Below are positions 28,883 to 38,000 of a stretch of DNA of 64,000 bases, piece after piece (position 1 is the stretch's first letter; each line of letters opens with the position of its first letter). Where the stretch lies: NCBI RefSeq assembly GCF_009914755.1, contig NC_060940.1; one strand, 5' to 3'. Below the pieces are notes generated by a model, which saw only the letters and a list, made by a program, of their open reading frames with translations, did no database searches and was not told the origin of the DNA. Made by a program: the position numbers and the translations under genes. Source of the DNA: the human T2T-CHM13v2.0 reference genome, Homo sapiens.

Positions 28883-29300
28883 CTCTCCTCCGCCGCGCGG
28901 GCGCGCGGGCCGCGGACGCTCCCTCGTGGCTGGCGCGAGCCCCCGGCGGGCGGCGCGCGCGGGCCGTTACCGACCGTTAGCGCCAGGGGCTGCGGCTGCG
29001 GCGGGCGGAGCCGGGGGCGGGCGCTGAGGGGCCGTGGGGCCGCAAGAGGCGGGAGCGAGGGGAGCAGGGCGGGGACGCTGCTCCCAGGAGCTCCCGGCGA
29101 CGACTCGGGCCTACTGCGAGCCCGGGAAGAGGCCGCCGGCGAGGCCGCCACTGGCCGGCTGCGCGCTCCCCCAGGCTCGGGCCGCCTGGGCCGCTCCGCC
29201 TCGCTTAGACATTGGCCGGCTGGCAGCCACCTCGGCCCCACGGTCCCCGCCGCCGCTGCAGCCAGCTTCCCGTCTCCATGACAATAGCGCGATCGAGACC
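28883..29300 (-). ncRNA. CRNDE: CRNDE first exon (5' end approximate)
   Basis: donor GAGGAGAG|gtgagc at 28882; lies within the CpG island. Confidence 0.75.
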
Positions 29301-29400
29301 CCGCCCCTCCCCGCCCCTTTGGCGCCGAGACTCGGAGGAAAGCGGGGTTACGTCACCAGGGGGCGGAGCCCAGGGAGGCCAGCGCCCAATCATAGGTGAA
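29300..29400. promoter_or_regulatory. CRNDE proximal promoter motifs
   Basis: GC boxes (ccgccc), TTACGTCA CRE/ATF-like 29348-29355, CTCF-like TCACCAGGGGGCGG 29353-29366, CCAAT 29386-29390. Confidence 0.6.
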
Positions 29401-31311
29401 GGAGGTGTCAGGCACTGGGCTGGGCGGACCCAGGGGCTCTCGGAGAATGTAGTCTGAAGCGCTCAGGCCTCTTGGTGGGCGGTGTCTGGGGGAGGGGAGC
29501 AGACGGAGGGGAGGAGCCAACGCGCGTGCACGAGAGCGCAGCACCGAGCGGGTGCCGGTGCGGCGCTGGGTTAGTGTGAGATCGCGAAATAAAGTACATC
29601 TCGCCCGTCAAAGTCAATGCGAGAAACTTTGTATATAGTTATGCTTCGGCTTGCGTGTGGCCCCATTATGCGAAGTTCCCGATATCCCGAGCTTCCGCGG
29701 CGTGCCCAAACCTGTGCCATCTTCTGTCCTGGTTCACCAGCGCCCCTGTCTGTCCCAGAGTTCGAGTGCGTCCGTGGCTTGTGGTGGCGGGAGGTGGAGA
29801 GAAGAGGAGAGGGTCTGTTTTGTATTCTAACTGTGTGGCCGTCGTGGGCAAGGGCTCTGCCTCTGACTCAGTTGTGTGTGTTTGCTTCGCCAGCGCCTCG
29901 CTGAACAAACAGTGGTTGGGTTGGGCACTGCTCTGCCCAGTGTTTGCAGTGGAGCGTGGGCGGATGCGAGAGTGCGTGCGAAGGGGAAGGCGACTTAGTT
30001 AAACAAAAGGGAAGGGGACCCGCACCCTCCACCACCACCGACTTGGCGGTGCGAGCTGCGTGCGGTGGGAAAACCGGGAGAAAGAGGCTGCGAGGCGTGG
30101 GAGTGGAGCTGGGGACGGTCCCGAGACCTCCTCGGGTGTAGCTGATTCTCTGTCTGGCAGTTCTTGCCCACCACCCCTACTCTAGAAAAAGGCTACCCCG
30201 GTAGTTCCAGGAACCAGTGTCTTCTCCCTCGCCGTCCGGCGGGGGGTCGGTAGAAGGAAGGCGAGGCGGAGACGTGCAGACGTCTGAGGCCTGTCTCTCG
30301 CCCACCTGCTGCTGCCGGCGCAGAGGGGCAGTCATCCCGGACTTCCTGCGCCCTGGGCGCGGGCCATCCATCGGCTCTCCCAGAGACTTTCATTCCGGAT
30401 CTCCAGCTGGCTCTCCGGGCCCCCTGGCTTGGGGAAGACGCCAGAGGGGGGTGGGCAACGAATGGCCTCGGAGCCCAGCCTGCCGGAGAACAAGAAATCC
30501 GCTAAGTCCGCGATCTACTGTGGCTAGGAGAGCGCAGAGCGTTCGCCGGCGCACAGCCCGCGGCCTCGTTCCCTTTGTGCTTCGGGGCGGCGGGACTGCC
30601 ACTCCGCCCCGAGTTAGCAGAAGAGGAAAGTTGGAAGAGATCGGCGCTCCTGGGATGTGATTGTCATCCTGGGGCCGGCGCTCGAGAGTCTGAGAGAAAG
30701 CGAGAGAGAGGGAGAGACCGGGGAGGGGAAAAGGGGAGGCAAAGAGGAGGGGTGAGAGGGGGGGCCGCGGAGGGGAGGCGGGCGCTAGGGAGGGGCGAGA
30801 GGAGCGCCAGCGAGCGGGAGAGAGAGCCGAGGAGGAAGAGGGAGAGGGCGAGGCGCGCCTGGCGGCCGGGTTGGCTGCGGCCGCCCAGAAGCTCCTGCCA
30901 GTCCTCCCACCGACTACACCCCGGGAAGGAGGAGCTTCGGGCGCGCACAAGGCGTCAGAATCCTCAATTTCCAACTTAGCATCTTGGCAGGACCTTTGCA
31001 AAGGCAAAAGCAGAGCCCCCCGGTGCAAAGAGCGAGGGGAAAAAAGAGAAAGCAGCAAGGGAGGGGAGGGGAGGGGGAAAAAAGCCCAGCTGGGGCGAGC
31101 GAGGCGCGCAGAGGAGCGGGCGCGGCGGTCGCAGCCGGAGGCGCGCGGGAAGCCAGCGAGGAGGCGCCGCGGGCCGGAGCCCCGGAGCCGGGGCCAGAGG
31201 AGCGGCGGCCCAGGGCAGCCAGAGGCCAGGTGCCCGCCCGCTCGCCCTCGCAGGGCGCCGCCCGGCTCGTTGGCGGCCGCGGCGCGGCGCGCCCCATGCC
31301 CGTGTGTGGCC

Positions 31312-31560
31312 ATGTCCTATCCGCAGGGCTACTTGTACCAGCCGTCCGCCTCGCTGGCGCTCTACTCGTGCCCGGCGTACAGCACCAGCGTCATTTCGGG
31401 GCCCCGCACGGATGAGCTCGGCCGCTCTTCTTCGGGCTCCGCGTTCTCGCCCTACGCTGGCTCGACTGCCTTCACGGCGCCCTCGCCGGGCTACAACTCG
31501 CACCTCCAGTACGGCGCCGACCCCGCGGCCGCCGCCGCCGCCGCCTTCTCCTCGTACGTG
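31312..31560 (+). CDS. IRX5: IRX5 coding exon 1 (83 codons)
   Basis: gtggccATGt start; donor GTG|gtaagt at 31561. Confidence 0.97.
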
Positions 31561-33986
31561 GTAAGTGAGCGGGATCCGCGGCGGGCGAGGGGCAGCAGGG
31601 GCCGGGCGGGAGGACGGGGGCGGAGGGGGACACGGGCCTAGGCGCCAACACCGACCTCCCCCGCCAAGCTTCGCGGCCCCTTCAAACTTGGGCGATTGTC
31701 TCCGCCAGCTTCGCCCAGGCCTTGGACTCAAGAGTTGCTCGGAAAAGAGAGCCGCGTCTTGCTCGGATCGCTGAGCTGGCGGGAAGGGGTTCTGTGGGGA
31801 GAGGTAGCTGCAATTAAAGAGCAGCATTTGGTGTAAACGTAAGCTCCGGGCTGCCCTGCAAATTTTATATTTTTGGTTTTGCCATTTTGGAAAAGTAGTT
31901 CAAAAGAAATAGACTCGAAATTTGAGCAGAAGCGTGCTAAGTCTATGTAAATGTGTTTGGCCTAGCCTTTAATTAGTCCTCCAAAATGTTGCAAATCCGT
32001 AATCCTATCTTCGCAATCCGATTTGGGAGTATTAAATTTCTGAAAAGTCGGTCGAGCTGCGGTGCATCCGGGATTTTTCGGCCGGGTTGTAACTTCGGTC
32101 TGGGGTAGTATTTTTGGAGGGTGGGAGTGCGTGGGCATGGCTCAGCTTTTTGTTTGCATTTCTTAGCTGTTGAAAAAAGAAAAAAAGAGCCTTGACTTCC
32201 CTTGTTTTCCCCCCTTGCGCCCAACGTGCGTCCGCTCCCCCGCCGAGCGCGGAGTCGCCTCAGTTGCCCAGGCCTCTATCTGCATGGAGGGCCGGGCCGC
32301 CGTGGCCAGATCTGCGCACGGGGTACGGACGTGCCCGGGCAGATGGGGGCCTACGGGGTGACACCGAGGCCGGGACAGCTTCAGGGGCCCCAGAAGGACC
32401 TGACCCAGAAATTGAGGTCCCCGCTGCCTTCTGAGGAGGGGGAGGAGTTGCTCCTAGGTCTGAACCCCGCCAGCCTTGCCCCGTAGGAAGCTGGAGTGCG
32501 GGCCTCGTCCACCCACAGACCCCGGGGAGCGCAGGGAAAAGGGTGCTTCGGTCGTTCCGATGGCAGTGGAGACCACGGTCCACACTCACCTCTCTGCGTC
32601 TCCACCGCAGGGCTCTCCCTACGACCACACACCCGGCATGGCGGGCTCCTTGGGGTACCATCCTTACGCGGCGCCCCTGGGATCGTACCCTTACGGGGAC
32701 CCAGCGTACCGGAAGAACGCCACAAGGGACGCCACGGCTACCCTCAAGGCCTGGCTCAACGAGCACCGCAAGAACCCCTACCCCACCAAGGGCGAGAAGA
32801 TCATGCTGGCCATCATCACCAAGATGACCCTCACCCAGGTGTCCACCTGGTTCGCCAACGCGCGCCGGCGCCTCAAGAAAGAGAATAAAATGACGTGGAC
32901 GCCGCGGAACCGCAGCGAGGACGAGGAAGAGGAGGAGAACATTGACCTGGAGAAGAACGACGAGGACGAGCCCCAGAAGCCCGAGGACAAGGGCGACCCC
33001 GAGGGCCCCGAAGCAGGTTGGTGGACATGGGAAAGGGCGTGTTGGGCGGGAGTAAAAAGGAAAAGAGAGGCCTGGAGGGGGCGCGCACGGGGCCTGGAGG
33101 TTGGGGGCAGGGGTCCCTGCCTTTGCGGGCGGGAACCGGGTCCCGCCGCGCGGCCTCTGCGCCCCTGACAGCCTGGGTTTCGCCCGCAGGAGGAGCTGAG
33201 CAGAAGGCGGCTTCGGGCTGCGAACGGCTTCAGGGACCACCCACCCCTGCAGGCAAGGAGACGGAGGGCAGCCTCAGCGACTCGGATTTTAAGGAGCCGC
33301 CCTCGGAGGGCCGCCTCGACGCGCTGCAGGGCCCCCCCCGCACCGGCGGGCCCTCCCCGGCTGGGCCAGCGGCGGCGCGGCTGGCGGAGGACCCGGCCCC
33401 TCACTACCCCGCCGGAGCGCCGGCGCCCGGCCCGCATCCAGCCGCGGGCGAGGTGCCTCCGGGTCCCGGCGGGCCCTCGGTTATCCATTCGCCGCCTCCG
33501 CCGCCGCCTCCTGCGGTGCTCGCCAAGCCCAAACTGTGGTCTTTGGCAGAGATCGCCACATCGTCGGACAAGGTCAAGGACGGGGGCGGCGGGAACGAGG
33601 GCTCTCCATGCCCACCGTGTCCCGGGCCCATAGCCGGGCAAGCCCTAGGAGGCAGCCGGGCGTCGCCGGCCCCGGCGCCGTCACGCTCGCCCTCGGCGCA
33701 GTGTCCTTTTCCAGGCGGGACGGTGCTGTCCCGGCCTCTCTACTACACCGCGCCCTTCTATCCCGGCTACACGAACTATGGCTCCTTCGGACACCTTCAT
33801 GGCCACCCGGGGCCCGGGCCAGGCCCCACAACCGGTCCGGGGTCTCATTTCAATGGATTAAACCAGACCGTGTTGAACCGAGCGGACGCTTTGGCTAAAG
33901 ACCCGAAAATGTTGCGGAGCCAGTCTCAGCTAGACCTGTGCAAAGACTCTCCCTATGAATTGAAGAAAGGTATGTCCGACATTTAA
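31312..33986 (+). CDS. IRX5: Iroquois homeobox 5, join(31312..31560,32611..33016,33190..33986), 483 aa
   Basis: 249+406+797=1452 nt = 483 aa + stop; canonical GT-AG introns; [11 protein letters not shown]-terminus, TALE homeodomain [59 protein letters not shown], acidic tract, IRO box [14 protein letters not shown]-terminus [10 protein letters not shown]. Confidence 0.98.
32611..33016 (+). CDS. IRX5: IRX5 exon 2 (homeodomain at about 32710-32890)
   Basis: acceptor tctccaccgcag|; donor GCAG|gttggt; homeodomain sequence. Confidence 0.97.
33190..33986 (+). CDS. IRX5: IRX5 exon 3 coding part (IRO box)
   Basis: acceptor tttcgcccgcag|; frame continues EAGGAEQK; TAA at 33984-33986. Confidence 0.96.
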
Positions 33987-34595
33987 CGCGGGCTGCGTCG
34001 GTCCCGGACTTTTCTAATTTATTAAAAACATGGCCTTGGCAGTTATTTTTCCATCACCGAGAGAGAGAGACAGAGAGAGAAAATAAACTACCCCTCCTAT
34101 TCAGAAGTTTATAGTTTATGGAGATGGATGACATAAAAATGTAAACATCTCCACACACACAAAAAAATGTCTTAACCAACCGAAAAGAAAAATTAAAAAA
34201 GGATTTGTATTAAATCTTATTCTGTATATTTAATGTAGCATTTTTGTATTTAAATTGATAATTCAATATCTTTGAAGTAAATTATGAAATCAAGACACCT
34301 GTACAGGCATTTAATGTTTTTTTGTAATATAAATATATACATTTGTGTTTCCCCCAAAACTGTTTCATAGTTAAAAAATACAAGTTTAATTTAATTTTTT
34401 ACACCTATTGATTCTGCTGGGTATGAGCTAAAGTATTACGGAAAGGAAACAGGTTATACTCTTAGATTTAAAAAGTGAAAGAAACTGCAGGCGCCTTTGT
34501 AAAATGCAAAATATTTAATTAAAAGAGATTTTAACATAATGAGAGCCACTCATTACTTTTTAGAAGCCTCAATAAACTGTCCATTGCCTTGGTCA
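33987..34595 (+). other. IRX5: IRX5 3' UTR (AU-rich)
   Basis: AT-rich, several ATTTA, ends after AATAAA at 34571. Confidence 0.8.
34571..34576 (+). terminator. IRX5 distal polyadenylation signal
   Basis: AATAAA at the end of the AU-rich UTR. Confidence 0.75.
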
Positions 34596-35099
34596 AAAGG
34601 TGCAAACTGCAACTTTTTTCAAAGTGGGGATTGAAAGGTTCCACAGACCTTCAAGTGTACCAGGGGAAAACCATAATTAGGCTGCAAGCCCCGGGGAACC
34701 TGGCCCTGCCCAGAATGCAGATCTGGATCACTGATGCGGGCTGTTTGGGAGAGATTGGACCCTGGAGGAAGGAGAAGAGAGACCCAAGTGTGTGCCCAGA
34801 AGGGAGAAAAGATGGCAAAGCCAGCTAGGGACACGCACCACTCGAGCGCCATCGCTTAACCTAATTACTTCCAATCAGTGTCGTGTTTTATGCAAAGCAA
34901 TCAGCTGGTGAACTTTGCTAATGAGTTCGATTTTATGCCGGATTTAGCCCTTATTACTATTTCAAGGGTGCTTCGGGCTAGTGCGGGCGGGAGCATTCAG
35001 GGATGCCAAGGGGAAGACTTTCCCAAGTCACCGTCTTCTTCTCTGCCCCTTCAAATTTGCGCATTGATCTCTTCTTTGGATTTGATTAAATTATGAACG

Positions 35100-38000
35100 T
35101 TCCATCTCAGACCGTGCGGGTGGCGGGCGGCCCAGAAGTGCCCGCTCAGCTGCGGGGCTGGGGTCGAGCGGGACGGGCGAGGGGACGGTTTCCCCCTTTC
35201 ACAGGTAGGTGTCACACTTGTCCTGAATTTCAAGCCTGCACTTTGCAGAGTCGGAGATTGCAGAGTGGGCGGAAGGGGAGGAGGGAGCGCCACAGCCACT
35301 TGGGGGAAGAGAGGGGAGCCCCTGAAAGGATCCCTCCCTCTCACAACGGGCCTCTTTTTGGACAAGTGGCCTTCAAAAGTTCGAGGCCATTTACCTAGAT
35401 AACGAGGCCGTTGTGGACTCCATCAGGCTTGTCGTCGCTTTAGCACTTTTCCCAGCTCAGATGCAAGAGTCCGAGTAGCTACAAAAATATTTCTGGGGTT
35501 TTATTTTCTCGTTTTAATCCCACATACTTCATCTCAAAATAAAAAGTCAGGATGCATTTGAATCCCTAATGAGGAAGAATCCACGCCCTGTCCCCGAGGC
35601 CGGCCAGCGATGTGGGTTCGGGCTTGGCTGCGGTGCTGGCGGCTCCATTTTGCACCCGAGATCTGGAGCCCGGACGCGTTTTACTTCGTGGGAAATTTTC
35701 AGTGGTTGGGGGAGGGACTAGGGGGTGTTATAGCAAAAACATACCCCAGCGACGGGAATTAATTTGCTCTATTAAACCCAAGCCTGAGTGTAGAGAGGGA
35801 ATGTGTTTGCACATAACACCGGCTTAATTAGACTAAATCAAAATGCACATATTTGCATTTCTACTGAAGATGACTTTAACCTTAACTCGGTGTTTTAAAC
35901 CCACCCCGAAGTTTCACTGGAGTTGCTTTTGCTATTTCTTTTTTTTAGCCTGCCACGGGGCTCCTTTATAAGCTTATTCGAATTTAAACAAGTTTGAAAG
36001 CTGCATTGTCCAGATGTTTTAGCAAACAGCAGTCGACTTTAGGGTTTAAATTAGTGAGAAAATTCACGCAGGGAAAATGGTTTCAAAGCTGGAAGTGTGA
36101 ATGATTAAATATGCATGAGACGATCGTATTTTATTTTGTCCCTTTAATTATAAATGATTTTTTTAAACAATTGAATTCCAGAGATGACTTGCCTTCCCTC
36201 CTTTCCCCCCTACGCCGCGCCTCATCCCCCTCCACTCTCCCCTCTCTCCCCCCACAGCCTGGTTCACAATCAGCTTTCCCCCCTGTTGAATATGCAGCCC
36301 CAGGAGTCACCTTTTCTAAAAAAGTCAGAAGAATAGGCCAGTCCCCTTCTCTTAAGGGAGAGTTTAAGGACGACATCAACTCGGCGGGGTTTTGGAAGCA
36401 TTGGCCCTAAACCCTGCCCAACGATTTTAAAAAGAAAATTACAGGCCTCCCAGTGTTCCCGGGAATATGCAAATGCCAGGGCGCAGGCCTCCCAAATCAG
36501 ACCGCGAAGGCTCGGGGCTGCGAGCCGAATGCCCGCCGAGCTGCCTGGGAACGGGAACCGCGCACCCGGGAACGCCAGGCGTTTCTCTTCATCCAGGAAC
36601 GGCGCGGAGAGCCTCCGGCTGGGGAGCTAAACCGCTGGGGACTCCGCGGCTGCTGCCTGAGTCGCTGTCCGCTGCCCGCATCCCTTCCGCCCTGGGCCTC
36701 TGCACGGTCTGCGGTTTTCTGTGCGCACTTGGTCTTCAGTACTAGCACCCAATTACGTCTGGGTTTTTCTTCTTTACAGAGCTGGGTTTCGGTGGCCACC
36801 AGCTTTTCTGGTGTTTAGTGACTCTGAGTTTGGAGGTGGCCTACCAGGCAAACGGGGATTCAGGGCATTTAGGAAACGTCTTCCGCGCTTAATCCCAGAA
36901 GTGGTTGCGTGTCCGTACGATCCCAAGTTCCTCCCGGAGCCTCTTCTTTGCTGCGTCTCGGGCCCTCCAGCAGGCGAAGCCTCTTAGACGCGCTGGGGAA
37001 ACTTCCGGCGTGTTCGGGGCTCAGGGTTTCTTCTCAGGCATGGATTGGGGCGCAGAAGTTGCGCGAGGCAGCGCCTAAGGTCCCGAGGTGCTGAGACTGT
37101 GCTGGCGTTTGCCACCTGCCCCTGGCTAGGCCGTTTCTGGGCCCCAAGAAACGCCTACCTTGGCACTTAGGGACCAGAAGCCTCTGGATGTCTAGCAACA
37201 GGGGTCACGGGATCACTGCGTGGGGTCTCTGTAAGCAGTCCCCTGAGGCAGTGCAAAACCGGAAACCTGCTCTGTGCGGGGCCGAATCAGTTCATGGGAT
37301 TTGGGAGTCAGGAGAGACGTCTTTCTCCTCCCAGCTCCTACACTCCGGGTACCAAGGCCCGAAATGCCGTTCCCCCAGCCCGGGTGCGGGGTCTGCAGCA
37401 AGGCCTCCTGATTTGCAAACCCCTCCGGGCTGCTTATTCCTGGTGCCATGCGCAGCCCTTGGGACCTAGAAGATTGTGGGGGAGGGAAGGTCGCACGTGC
37501 GGTTTTGGCACCGACCGTGCCTCCTAGTCCACCTGTCCCCCACAGCTAGCTGCCAACTCGGACGGAAGCGCGGAACAGCGCAATGCAAACCGCCCAAAGT
37601 GAAAGGAATGTAATTGCGCTCCCATGACAGAGCCAGACGCGGATGCAGTTTAGGAAGGGCGCCGCCTACCGGCCCCTGGGAGCCATGCGATTCGAAGGGA
37701 GGGGGACCTAGAGGAGACCCCCGCTATCCCCCCACCCACCGTGGGGCCTTAGCTTTGAACTCCGGCCCGGACAAACTTAAACTGCTTCGCCACCCCAACG
37801 CGCCACAGCCCTGGACCTAAGACCCAGTTAGCATTGGGAATTTGGGGAGCAGGGCCCACGACTAGAACAAAGTTAACCCTACCGGTTCCCGCCACGGCTT
37901 CGGCACATTTCAAAAAACCAGGCGCAGGCAATTGAGAAATACGCTGCCGGCTGAAACAGCCTGCGGGTGGGGGCTGCAGCCGTGCGCGCCCGGCAGTTCC

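Larger units (their letters stand above)
18990..29300 (-). ncRNA. CRNDE: CRNDE lncRNA, divergent from IRX5 (TSS and 3' end approximate)
   Basis: Minus-strand exon chain with canonical splice sites: about 29300-28883, 25320-25208, 24765-24708 (cassette), 23757-23692, 20517/20466/20434-20405, 19316 to about 19000; spliced ORF matches CRNDEP as I recall it; head-to-head with IRX5. Confidence 0.93.
28480..33990. promoter_or_regulatory. Large CpG island spanning the CRNDE 5' end, shared intergenic promoter region and IRX5 body
   Basis: very high GC and CpG density. Confidence 0.9.

Noticed and set aside
30390-33641. Long antisense ORFs over IRX5 (307, 283, 326 and 287 aa)
   Set aside because: Shadows of GC-rich, codon-biased sense CDS; low-complexity A/P/R/G content with no domain
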